A DNA stretch of 13,290 nucleotides from an uncultured archaeon (GTDB taxonomy: Archaea; Asgardarchaeota; Thorarchaeia; Thorarchaeales; Thorarchaeaceae): positions 1 through 13,290 of the forward strand of contig CAYHAA010000032.1 of NCBI GenBank assembly GCA_964354495.1, written 5' to 3'. This document shows positions 1 through 8,535 of the stretch, piece after piece. How positions within the stretch are numbered: position 1 is the stretch's first letter; each line of letters starts with the position of its first letter. A program made the position numbers and the translations under genes. The notes beneath the pieces are model-generated. The model was not told where the DNA came from, made no database searches, and saw only the letters and a list, made by a program, of their open reading frames with translations.

Positions 1-204
1 GTGAAATCCCCACGCAATATTCAGATCTCTTGATAACTCTCGCAGGCGCATCCTCTCTTCAGATTGAATTCTTTCGGGTGAGAATGCTGGGACGCCAATG
101 TCTGGAACAATACCATTCCAGTCATTCTCTGCGGCATACCTAATCGACTCATATAGAGAAGTATCATATATCACATGATAGGCTCGTCGTGCGGGAAGCT
201 GCAT
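1..204 (-). CDS. 5' part of a probable sugar phosphate isomerase/epimerase-like (xylose isomerase-like TIM barrel) protein; runs off the left edge; not in the ORF track
   Basis: Manual translation from ATG at 204 is open to base 1 (68 codons): MQLPARRAYHVIYDTSLYESIRYAAENDWNGIVPDIGVPAFSPERIQSEERMRLRELSRDLNIAWGFH. The pattern (helix, 'G+' strand, helix, strand ending in H) resembles the N-terminus of AP-endonuclease-2/epimerase TIM barrels. Divergent from a Gfo/Idh/MocA gene. Confidence 0.6.
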   Translation of the reverse strand, partial: MQLPARRAYHVIYDTSLYESIRYAAENDWNGIVPDIGVPAFSPERIQSEERMRLRELSRDLNIAWGFH

Positions 205-325
205 AGACGTAGAAGCTTCGTGTGCTCTTATGAGTTTGACTAAGCGGTTTCTTTTGTTGCCTAGCTATACATTGAAATGCAGAACTTGGACAGAAAGTAC
301 CATCACAATGAGAGCGGGTGTGTTG

Positions 326-1576
326 ATGAGACCAGTCGAGTTGATAGTTGCCGGCGCTGGAGACCGAGGCTTCGTCTATGCATCATACGCCAGAGAACAT
401 CCTGACAGAGCTCGAATCGTTGGCGTCGCTGAGCCACGCGAGCTCTACCGAGAGAAGATGACGCAGGAATACAATATTCCCGAGGAGAATGTCTTCAAAG
501 ACTGGAAAGACATGGCGAAGAGGGACAAATTCGCAGATGCCGTACTCATCACAATGCAAGACCAGATGCATCGATACCCTGCCATTGCCTTCGCGAAGAG
601 GGGGTATCATATTCTCCTTGAAAAACCAATGGCTCCGGATGAGAAGAGCTGCCGAGACATTGTCAAGGCAGTCACGGGAAAGAATATCATGTTCGCAGTA
701 GCACATGTTCTTCGATATACAAGATACACACAGGAGCTCAAGTCAATCGTCGATTCTGGACTTATCGGAGACATAGTCAGCATTCAGCACCTTGAGCCAG
801 TCGGATTCTGGCACCAGGCACACTCGTTTGTCAGAGGCAACTGGAGAAATGAGAGAGAATCCTCCTTCATGCTGCTCACAAAATCCTGCCACGACTTGGA
901 TTGGATTAGGTACGTCATTGGCAAGAGATGTGTTACAGTTTCCTCGTTCGGATCCCTTACACATTTCAAGAAGGAGAATAAGCCTGCCATTGCAGGTAGT
1001 AACTGCCTAGAGTGTGACTATGAACCCGATTGCCCCTATTCAGCGAAGAGAATCTATCTTGGTTTCATCAAACGAGGTGTCACAGGATGGCCTGTGAGTG
1101 TCATCAGCTCAGATGTAACATCAGCAGGTGTCATCAAAGCACTCCGAGAGGGGCCATATGGTAGATGCGTCTATGAATGCGACAACGATGTTGTGGACCA
1201 TCAAGTTGTGAATATGGAGTTCGAAGGCGGTGAAACTGCATCATTCACCATGACAGCCTTTGCCAAAGCAAGGCAGAGAGAGACCCGCATCTTTGGCACC
1301 AGAGGGGAGATCTACGGCAACGGTACCAAAATCCAAGTCTACGAGTTCTTGACGGGCAGGTCCGAGGTCGTGGATATTTCTACTGAAACGCCTTCGTCGC
1401 TTGCGGACCATGGCGGAGGCGACTATGCGTTGATTCACACATTTGTTTCAGCAGTAGCCGAGAATAATCCAAGCAAGATTCTCTCGGGGCCGGAAGAAAC
1501 GCTTGAAACACACTTGATGGCCTTTGCTGCAGAGAGAAGCAGAAAGGAGCGTAGAGTCGTAGACCTTAAGAGCTAA
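326..1576 (+). CDS. Gfo/Idh/MocA family NAD(P)-dependent oxidoreductase (~416 aa)
   Basis: Rossmann motif IVAGAGDRG, family motif ILLEKPMA, HVLRY, KSCHDLD, C-terminal HGGGD, and a Cys-rich insert CLECDYEPDC. Start moved from 230 to ATG 326, which begins at the Rossmann strand and follows an SD-like GGGTG. Confidence 0.92.
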   Translation: MRPVELIVAGAGDRGFVYASYAREHPDRARIVGVAEPRELYREKMTQEYNIPEENVFKDWKDMAKRDKFADAVLITMQDQMHRYPAIAFAKRGYHILLEKPMAPDEKSCRDIVKAVTGKNIMFAVAHVLRYTRYTQELKSIVDSGLIGDIVSIQHLEPVGFWHQAHSFVRGNWRNERESSFMLLTKSCHDLDWIRYVIGKRCVTVSSFGSLTHFKKENKPAIAGSNCLECDYEPDCPYSAKRIYLGFIKRGVTGWPVSVISSDVTSAGVIKALREGPYGRCVYECDNDVVDHQVVNMEFEGGETASFTMTAFAKARQRETRIFGTRGEIYGNGTKIQVYEFLTGRSEVVDISTETPSSLADHGGGDYALIHTFVSAVAENNPSKILSGPEETLETHLMAFAAERSRKERRVVDLKS

Positions 1577-1617
1577 ACCAAAATCCCAGAAACCGCATCA
1601 CCATAGTAGACGGATAT

Positions 1618-2406
1618 CTATTTTGAGGCATCCACGAGCCACTGTGACACTTTCATGAGAAGACTCCATTCGGAGTCAGGGTCGTCGTAGTAATCAAACT
1701 GATCAGTTCCATCACGCTCACTGTCTTCCTCATATTCTGGGTGCGGATATGAGAGAAAGACTGTACCGGCCCCATACCTACAGACTATCATGCTCGGCTC
1801 GTTGTTCTGCGGATAGAGAGTGATAGGAATCACTGTCGACATGTAAGTTGCATTAGTCGAATAGAAGTAACCTGAGCTCCAGTAAAGGACACCATATGTT
1901 GAGGGCTCGCTGGATAGATCTGGACCTGTCGAGTTCTCATTCACAACCAACTGGATTATCTTAATCCCGGAGCCATTTACAGCACCAATCGTATAGCCGT
2001 GGAAAAGCCTGAGGTAATAGTCGGTACCCAATACAGAACCTCCGCATATGCCGAAGTATGATCCACCTCCTTCAATAAAGTCACAGACTGCAATCCCACC
2101 TGTGACTCCAAGAGAGTAGAAGTAGTCAGAAGCAGGTCCTCCAGGAAAAACAATAATGTCGTAGCCATCAAGTACACCCTGTTGAATCTCAGTGGAGTTC
2201 ACGTAGTCTGCGTCCGCATTAATCCAGAGAAACATGTTTAGTAATGCTGTAGCACTGTGCAGAAGAACTCCTGTATCATTATAGACAGCCACACGGATTC
2301 CTTCCATACCCGTCGGATTCCTGAGGGCAAGCGTCAGAGATCCTACGACAAGAAGAAGCACAACAAGCACTACTGCTCCTTGTTTCTTTGAAACTGCTAT
2401 CGTCAT
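1618..2406 (-). CDS. Membrane-anchored BPL-N-like (class I glutamine amidotransferase-like fold) protein (~262 aa)
   Basis: N-terminal TM helix; VAVYNDTG, IIVFPGG, nucleophile-elbow YFGICGG and C-terminal HPE motifs typical of the biotin-protein-ligase N-terminal domain. Start taken at ATG 2406; ORF track gives 2436. Confidence 0.8.
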   Translation of the reverse strand: MTIAVSKKQGAVVLVVLLLVVGSLTLALRNPTGMEGIRVAVYNDTGVLLHSATALLNMFLWINADADYVNSTEIQQGVLDGYDIIVFPGGPASDYFYSLGVTGGIAVCDFIEGGGSYFGICGGSVLGTDYYLRLFHGYTIGAVNGSGIKIIQLVVNENSTGPDLSSEPSTYGVLYWSSGYFYSTNATYMSTVIPITLYPQNNEPSMIVCRYGAGTVFLSYPHPEYEEDSERDGTDQFDYYDDPDSEWSLLMKVSQWLVDASK

Positions 2407-2543
2407 GTTGAACAACTCCATTTCAAATGGCTGCAACAGCCATACTCCGATGTACAGGAATCTTGTCCGGGAGTGTTCTCACTGGCTATTATATGCCATA
2501 AAGGAATGATGTTCATAGCAAGAGATGTACAGCCATCGTAGAG

Positions 2544-2786
2544 TCATCCTCCCCCTACAGGGGGAAAAATCACAATCAGGTCATCATCATTCAACACTGC
2601 GTCCATGTCGAGCACTCGAATCCCATTGATCATCACTATTTTCGCCCTGCCCAGCTCAAAACCGAGATGCTGAGTGAGCTCACTGAGAGTCCTTCCATCA
2701 AAACGTACCTCAAATGATGCACCAATCTCAGAACCAGCAGGAGCGTATTCTCGGAGGGTTGCGTAGAGCTTGACAGTGACTCTCAT
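2544..2786 (-). CDS. moaD: MoaD/ThiS/SAMP family ubiquitin-like sulfur carrier (80 aa)
   Basis: MRVTVKLYATLRE N-terminus, INGIRV...LNDDDLIVIFPPVGGG C-terminal di-Gly; next to an AOR gene. Start at ATG 2786. Confidence 0.9.
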   Translation of the reverse strand: MRVTVKLYATLREYAPAGSEIGASFEVRFDGRTLSELTQHLGFELGRAKIVMINGIRVLDMDAVLNDDDLIVIFPPVGGG

Positions 2787-2797
2787 GGACTCATCAC

Positions 2798-3106
2798 TCA
2801 GTAGTAATCCACATCGACATCTTCTCTCGTATAGCCATGGCCTTTGAGATGTTGGCCACCACAAAGAAGCACCATGTTGAACGGGAAGAGGCCAACACGG
2901 TCTCCATCATCCATGACATGGTCAGTCTTCGCGAGATTGCCATTTATGAAGCAGTCCCCGAGGTCGTCGGGCTTTAGGTGGAAACGGGCTGCCAACTGAG
3001 TGAAGGTTTCATTCTTGACGTACTCAATCGTCAGCACAGTATCTTCGCTAGCATGACTGTCTGACACAAGGGCGCGAAGATTGCCATAGAGATGAATCTC
3101 AATCAT
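2798..3106 (-). CDS. Ubiquitin-like beta-grasp (MoaD/ThiS-like) protein with C-terminal extension (102 aa)
   Basis: MIEIHLYGNLR..., FINGNL..., DDGDRVGLFP match the beta-grasp pattern. Internal LLCGG is followed by 18 residues. Stop lies 11 nt upstream of the moaD start, so an operon is likely. Confidence 0.8.
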   Translation of the reverse strand: MIEIHLYGNLRALVSDSHASEDTVLTIEYVKNETFTQLAARFHLKPDDLGDCFINGNLAKTDHVMDDGDRVGLFPFNMVLLCGGQHLKGHGYTREDVDVDYY

Positions 3107-3225
3107 TGATACTTCTCTGCATTCCTGCCGTGAAAGGTGTTTCTCTCTGGTCAAAATAAGGGTATGCAGCAGTCGCTTCAATCTTGGACAAAGTTGGACA
3201 GGTGTTTATATACTGTGCCGAGGAA

Positions 3226-3311
3226 CACAACTCTGAGGTCGACCGACACGAACGCTGGCCTCACGAAGTTGTGCCCAGTGCCGTTTTCTGGGCGGACAAC
3301 ACTCCGGTGTT
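3226..3311. ncRNA. Candidate structured intergenic RNA/attenuator (unassigned family)
   Basis: Visible stems: CACAACT 3226-3232/AGTTGTG 3267-3273; TGAGGTC 3234-3240/GGCCTCA 3257-3263; GCCCAG 3273-3278/CTGGGC 3288-3293; AACAC 3298-3302/GTGTT 3307-3311. TATA-like TTTATATA at 3205-3212. Confidence 0.35.
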
Positions 3312-3341
3312 CAAGATTGTCCAATTAACAATGAACGGCGA

Positions 3342-3366
3342 GAGGAGAAGAACCTGTCTTCTCCTC
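3342..3366 (-). terminator. Perfect 10-bp hairpin directly downstream of aor (terminator or mRNA-stabilising stem)
   Basis: GAGGAGAAGA-acctg-TCTTCTCCTC, 12 nt after the aor stop codon (3379-3381). Confidence 0.6.
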
Positions 3367-3378
3367 ATGTCATATTCT

Positions 3379-5172
3379 TTAGACTCCCTTGAAAACAGCA
3401 TCAAGCTCTGCATCTGTGACATCGAAAGTCACGTTGTGAGGTGGAAGTTGTTCTGTGGTGAAGAACTCTGGAAGTCTGTCGTCGTTCTCAGTGAAGCCAG
3501 CCTTCTTGTTGAAGGCACGTTCGTTCTTCAGAATTGCCAAGCCATACTGCGTGACGTCGATTTCCTTGCCAAGGAATGCACTTACAGAGTCAGTCATACC
3601 TTTGAAACCGGCATCGTTGTCGAGAATGCAGAAAGCTATGAACAAGCAGTAACCCGTTGAGTCAATGTATGCTGTCGTAGCCTGGAAGGCCTTTGACAAC
3701 TCTGCCTTATTCAGAGCTCTCGGATCTGTAACAGTTCCCTTGATTCCGAGTATCTCAGCCGCGATGGTGTACCCTGCGGTATGGTCAGCGCCCATGGGAG
3801 TAGTGGCATACGTGACACCGATTCCACGAACCGGGCGTGGGTCGTAGGCAGGAAGCGCTTGTCCCTTCACAACAGGTATCCTTGTCACACCAAGGGCTTC
3901 ACCAGCAGTCTTTGTGCCCGATGAAACAAGTCTGCCAAGAGCCGAGTCCGGATTATAGGCCTCCTTCAGTGCCTTGATGGCACCGGGGCCATCTCCATAC
4001 TTGAGAAGACCTCCTTCCATCAGCATCGCTAAGGTGTTACCAGCTTCTATTGTGTCGAGCCCAATGTCATTGCAGAGCCTGTTCAGTTCCGCAACATCAT
4101 GAAGGACTCCGATTCCAAGATTCGAGCCAAGTGCCCATACGGACTCATATTCGAGCGGTGAAACATGGGCCTTGCCAGTCTTCTCGTACGGGACCGCATT
4201 CGAGCAGCTCATTACACACCCAGGATGACATACATGACCATACTTGCCTTCTGCAGCATCACCAAACTTTGTCTTTGTCTTGTCAACAAGCTCGTGCACT
4301 GCTTCGCCTGAGATCTTTGCTGCACTCTCAAAACGACCTGAACTGAAACCTCTTGTTGGCAGTCCTCCTGCCTCGTTCATAATGTTCTGAAGAATGTTGG
4401 TCCCGTAGTTCTTCAGTCCGCCAAAGGGCTTGCCATCGTCAGTGGTCAGTTTTCCAGTCACTGGATGCTTGTCAAGAGCCTCGCGGAGTGCCTTTTGTCC
4501 GCTGTCAAACCGTTCCTTTTCCTTCGGCTCTGGGGCCTTACCGCCTGTAGCATCGCTTATGATGGTAACGACTCGCTTGGAGCCTAGTACAGCCCCAAGA
4601 CCGCCTCTGCCCGCGTAACGACCAGGGTCTGTGTTCTCGGGGTTATTCCCAAAGATACCCGCACATTTCTGCAGACGTTGACCAGCCATGCCACATCCAA
4701 TGATACCAGGCTTGACTGGATAGTCCTTCCAGATCTTTCCTATGAGTTCATAGAGACCCTTGCCTGCATAGTCATTTGTCTTGACAATCTCACATGCATC
4801 TTTCCGAACTACAATGCTGTACCAGTCCTTGGAGTTCTTCGGAGGCGCTCCCTCGATGATCATACCGCGGACCCCGATTCGTGCCAGTCGTTCGCCAGTG
4901 AGGCCGCCGGCATTCGCCTCCTTGATGCCTCCAGTCAGGGGCGACTTCCCGCCCACACTCATACGGCCAGAAGAAGGAGCTCGTGTCCCTGCCAGAAGAC
5001 CCGGCGAAATAGCAATCTTGTTGTACTCACGCAGTGGATGACATGTCGGATCGACCTCTTTGTTAACCACAGCGGAGGTAAAAGCTCTGCCAGCTAGGGT
5101 CTCGTATTCCTTAGGAACCGATTCCCATTTGTGGCTCAAATCGCTCATGTTTATTCGGAGTATCTTGCTCAC
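3379..5172 (-). CDS. aor: Tungsten-containing aldehyde:ferredoxin oxidoreductase family enzyme (~597 aa)
   Basis: KILRINM N-terminus, KSPLTGGIKEANAGG, AGRGGLGAVLGSK, Fe-S motif CHPGCVMSC, EYES, DIGLDTIE, YATTPMGADH, DRLPEFF. Likely GTG start at 5172 with GAGAAGG upstream. Confidence 0.95.
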   Translation of the reverse strand: MSKILRINMSDLSHKWESVPKEYETLAGRAFTSAVVNKEVDPTCHPLREYNKIAISPGLLAGTRAPSSGRMSVGGKSPLTGGIKEANAGGLTGERLARIGVRGMIIEGAPPKNSKDWYSIVVRKDACEIVKTNDYAGKGLYELIGKIWKDYPVKPGIIGCGMAGQRLQKCAGIFGNNPENTDPGRYAGRGGLGAVLGSKRVVTIISDATGGKAPEPKEKERFDSGQKALREALDKHPVTGKLTTDDGKPFGGLKNYGTNILQNIMNEAGGLPTRGFSSGRFESAAKISGEAVHELVDKTKTKFGDAAEGKYGHVCHPGCVMSCSNAVPYEKTGKAHVSPLEYESVWALGSNLGIGVLHDVAELNRLCNDIGLDTIEAGNTLAMLMEGGLLKYGDGPGAIKALKEAYNPDSALGRLVSSGTKTAGEALGVTRIPVVKGQALPAYDPRPVRGIGVTYATTPMGADHTAGYTIAAEILGIKGTVTDPRALNKAELSKAFQATTAYIDSTGYCLFIAFCILDNDAGFKGMTDSVSAFLGKEIDVTQYGLAILKNERAFNKKAGFTENDDRLPEFFTTEQLPPHNVTFDVTDAELDAVFKGV

Positions 5173-5357
5173 ATCGTGAACCTTCTCATCAAGGAACTGA
5201 TATGCAAAGTGGCTAATATGCGATATGGTCACCCGATTCATATCGTTATGTCAGCTCGAACATGTCGTGCTGCAAACAGCCTATCCGGATGCCTGTGACC
5301 GCGATGTCTAGAACCACAGCACTCGATGAAGATCAATCAAACGTACAGAAATCACGC

Positions 5358-6143
5358 TCATGGATGCGACTCTTCAAGAAGCCATTCACAGACCTTCAAC
5401 ATGAGCCCCCATTCCGAGTCTGGATCAGAGTACGTATCCCACAGGTCGGTTCCGTCGTTCATGTTCCCTTCTTCATATTCAGGATGTGGACTAGAGAGAA
5501 ACACTGTTCCATTTCCATACTTAAAGGCAATCATCGAGGGCAATCCTGTATCAGTATAGGTGCAGATTGGGATGATTCCTGTCATGTTATCAGCATCAAA
5601 ATGACCAGATGATTCATAGAAGATAGTGTATGACTCTGGTTCGTCGCTCAGATCGGGACCCGTTGACTCCCGATTGACATTCATTTCAAGAAGCCAGTCT
5701 CCAGTCCCATTTGTATCGGGCCAGAGCATACCTTGGAAAAGACCAAGTCGATAGCCAGTGGCGTATGAAGCACCGCCATCAATTCCAAAATAAAATCCCC
5801 CATCAAGAACGAATCGTCGAACAATCTCATAATCATCTAGTATATCACAACGTTCGTCGCACCAGCACCCTCCAGGCGCGACGAAACTATCATACGAGCT
5901 CAGGGCTCCGGTCTCTACATCTTCATCACCGATTACCGTAACATCAGCGCCCATCCATCTGAACATACTCTCAAGAGCTATCTGGCTTGCAGGAGCCGTT
6001 CCATTATCGTCGTATACTGCGACCTTCACTCCTGCTAGAGGACGTGGGGAGAGAAACGTCACGAACAGTACGGAAGATCCAAGGATAATCATAATCAGTA
6101 CAGTGACAAGAAGTACTCGCAGACTTGGTTTGTAGATCTTCAT
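5358..6143 (-). CDS. Second membrane-anchored BPL-N-like/GATase-I-fold paralog (~261 aa)
   Basis: Collinear with 1618-2406 (VAVYDDNG, FVAPGG, YFGIDGG, NRESTGPDLSDEPESY, GNGTVFLSSPHPEYE, DPDSEW). ATG at 6143; ORF-track start 6158 is GTG. Confidence 0.8.
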   Translation of the reverse strand: MKIYKPSLRVLLVTVLIMIILGSSVLFVTFLSPRPLAGVKVAVYDDNGTAPASQIALESMFRWMGADVTVIGDEDVETGALSSYDSFVAPGGCWCDERCDILDDYEIVRRFVLDGGFYFGIDGGASYATGYRLGLFQGMLWPDTNGTGDWLLEMNVNRESTGPDLSDEPESYTIFYESSGHFDADNMTGIIPICTYTDTGLPSMIAFKYGNGTVFLSSPHPEYEEGNMNDGTDLWDTYSDPDSEWGLMLKVCEWLLEESHP

Positions 6144-6333
6144 GATTGCACTATCCACAGAGCTCTGAGTCAGAACGCATATTATTATGCTAAAAGGAGC
6201 ACTCTCAGCGCAAGTTCAATCAGATTTGGCGAAATAGTCGCCCTCCTAGAGAGAAAGTCCTGCTACACGATTATGTTCGATGCCGCTTCTAGACCATAGC
6301 CAATCTGGTCCATTTTCCAGTACCGAACCAAAG

Positions 6334-6957
6334 TCATTCAGTCACAGATTCATCCAAGCTATGCCTGAGTTTTCGCAGGAATCTACCACTTCTCTTCATA
6401 TATGTACGATATTCGTCACCAAATGTATCAATCAACATCAGCTCTTCTTGTTTTGCAACAGAGGGAAACGAGATAGAGATGAGAATTGAGAAGAATATGA
6501 TGAGAAGATTCAATGTCAGTAGTGCCATTGCTATAGAGAATACGATGAAGATTGTGTACATCGGATGGCGAACCCTGCTATATGGTCCGTCGGTGATGAC
6601 CTTGTGATTCGACTGTATCTCTAGACTAGCGGAATACTGTTTGCCGAGAGTGCAATGAGACCAGTACAGTGCTGGAACACATAAGATTGCGATAGGCAGC
6701 GCAAGCCATCGTATCCATATAAGGTACGAAAGCTGGAACCAGAGAATCCATGGCAGGTAGAGTAGATAGAGGATGATGCACGCAAAGTATGCGAGGATGC
6801 CAACTGTCAGCGTCAGAGCCGCAGCTCGTGGGAGTTCATGCTTTTCTCCAGCCTCTCTCTTTGCAGCTGGTATTCGATACGCTAGGCGAATCACAGCAAA
6901 AGCAGCATACATTGAAACAAACAGGATTCGAAATAGTAGCCCCTCATCCATGCGCAT
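6334..6957 (-). CDS. Isoprenylcysteine carboxylmethyltransferase (ICMT/Ste14/PEMT) family membrane protein (~207 aa)
   Basis: Several TM helices, TLGKQYS...HKVITDGPYSRVRHPMY, EELMLIDTFGDEYRTYMKRSGRF. SD AGGTGA precedes ATG 6957. Confidence 0.9.
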   Translation of the reverse strand: MRMDEGLLFRILFVSMYAAFAVIRLAYRIPAAKREAGEKHELPRAAALTLTVGILAYFACIILYLLYLPWILWFQLSYLIWIRWLALPIAILCVPALYWSHCTLGKQYSASLEIQSNHKVITDGPYSRVRHPMYTIFIVFSIAMALLTLNLLIIFFSILISISFPSVAKQEELMLIDTFGDEYRTYMKRSGRFLRKLRHSLDESVTE

Positions 6958-7130
6958 TTCACCTGAGAATCTGCGGAACCTGACAGCGCACTGCATCATT
7001 CTTATTGATTTGCTTTTGCTTGAGGCTCCGAAAGCGGCCACTTTGTGTAGTCATCCACTTGGTTCCCTGTGACCGAATTTCTTATCACGTTCCGGCCATC
7101 ATAGATTGATGTTCCGGGACGTGATTGGAC

Positions 7131-7655
7131 ATGACAGGCTGGTTTCAGGCTTTTGTTGATAAGGTGAAGGAGAACATTAAGAAGCTAATTGAGAAAATGA
7201 AAGGCAAAGCAGAAAGTCTCGCGGGTCCAGTGAAGGAGAAAGAGGGCATTGAGAAGCAAAGGGGAGGGAGCATGCTCACGGGATTCAAGAGCGCATTTCT
7301 TGGTGTCGCTGGCGTCATCGCAATCTCATTTGTCATCATAGGTTTCTTGGTTCTGCCGCCATTCTTTGACAGAGCAGGAGATCAGAATCATCGCCCAGAG
7401 ATTACAGGTTTTTACCCAACAGAGCATGTCGATATATCTATTGGGGAAAGCCAAGAATTCAATGTCTCAGTACGTGACCAAGACAATGACTCATTGGTGA
7501 TTTTATGGTATCTAAACCACGCAGTAGTCGAAACAAACATGACTAGTTTTCTTCTCATAGCCACCCAGCAAATGATGGGACCCAACGAGCTTAATGTTAC
7601 TGTGAGAGACTTGGAATACTCAACCTCGTTGGTATGGAATGTGACTGTGGTCTGA
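7131..7655 (+). CDS. Single-pass membrane protein with extracellular Ig/PKD-like beta-sandwich domain (~174 aa)
   Basis: Charged N-terminus, TM helix (AFLGVAGVIAISFVIIGFLVL), then NHRPEI...FNVSVRDQDNDSLVILWYLN...LNVTVRD, typical of archaeal Ig-like repeats. Five N-x-S/T sequons. Confidence 0.7.
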   Translation: MTGWFQAFVDKVKENIKKLIEKMKGKAESLAGPVKEKEGIEKQRGGSMLTGFKSAFLGVAGVIAISFVIIGFLVLPPFFDRAGDQNHRPEITGFYPTEHVDISIGESQEFNVSVRDQDNDSLVILWYLNHAVVETNMTSFLLIATQQMMGPNELNVTVRDLEYSTSLVWNVTVV

Positions 7656-7723
7656 GTCATGCCCACGTCTTCCGGATAATCTAGTAAAATCAATCGCACA
7701 TCCGCTCAGGAGAACATGTGGAA

Positions 7724-8416
7724 CTACTTCACTGCTTTGTGAATGGCTACAACACCGAAGCTCATCATTCTGTAGTCGACTTTTGAGAATCCAACCTCAT
7801 GAAGAATCTTAGACAACTCCTCGGCATCAAAGAATCTGGTGACTGAATATGAGAGATAGGCATAGCCAGTCCTCGATCCCGAGATAAGTCGCCCGAGCGT
7901 TTCGACAACTTTCCTTGTATACAGATGGTATGCGGCTCGGATTGGTGTTGATCTCGGCTGACTGGTTTCAAGATTGATGAATCGTCCTCCTGGCTTCAGA
8001 ATACGATTAAACTCTCTGAGGAACTCCATCAATCGCCCACGGTTTCCAGTGATGTTCCTCGTGGCAAATGAGATTACTACAAAATCAAAAGTGTTTTCGA
8101 GAAAAGGAAGTCGGCGGGAGTCAGCAAGAGAAACAGATGCTTTCCGAAGTTCTGGCTTGCTTCTGGCCCTTGAAATCATGGGAAAAGAAAAATCAGTAAG
8201 AACTATTCTTGTCCCGGGACTAGCGAGCCTTTGGAGATTGACTGCCATTTCTCCAGTCCCGCCACAGACCTCCAACCATAATGCGCCACCGTCAGCCGCA
8301 GCAATCTGCGAGGCTTTCTTCCGCCAAGGAATATCCAAGCCAAGGGTAAGAACATGATTCACTAGCTCGTACCGATTCGCAATCTCTGAGAAGATTGTGA
8401 GAAGCCCTTTGCTCAT
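7724..8416 (-). CDS. menG: UbiE/MenG family quinone biosynthesis C-methyltransferase (~230 aa)
   Basis: FSEIANRYELVNHVLTLGLDIPWRK, SAM motif I LEVCGGTGE, DSRRLPFLENTFDFVVISFATRN, EFNRILKPGGRF, GYAYLSYSV, FGVVAIHKAVK. Confidence 0.88.
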   Translation of the reverse strand: MSKGLLTIFSEIANRYELVNHVLTLGLDIPWRKKASQIAAADGGALWLEVCGGTGEMAVNLQRLASPGTRIVLTDFSFPMISRARSKPELRKASVSLADSRRLPFLENTFDFVVISFATRNITGNRGRLMEFLREFNRILKPGGRFINLETSQPRSTPIRAAYHLYTRKVVETLGRLISGSRTGYAYLSYSVTRFFDAEELSKILHEVGFSKVDYRMMSFGVVAIHKAVK

Positions 8417-8535
8417 TGGATATACACCTATTCGTAAAGAAACCACGTTCTAAGGGACAAATGGGTGAGCAAGATAGTGCCTGTTGATAATGTCGACCAT
8501 GAAGGCTAACACAGACTCTTCTTGGTTTCGTCCTT

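Noticed and set aside
3226-3300. 5S rRNA or SAM-I riboswitch resemblance (ACACGAAC, GAAGTT, CTGGCCTCACGAAG)
   Set aside because: Only short motifs match; 5S helix I/loop E and the SAM-I AUC/GAGGGA core are missing.
3184-3660. 158-aa plus-strand ORF (also 3137-3328 and 3455-3652)
   Set aside because: Antisense shadow of the aor 3' end, crossing the hairpin and structured intergenic region; no recognisable motifs.
6334-6957. ICMT as a eukaryote-signature prenylation gene
   Set aside because: The ICMT/PEMT-like family is widespread in prokaryotes, and no prenyltransferase or CaaX protease is nearby.
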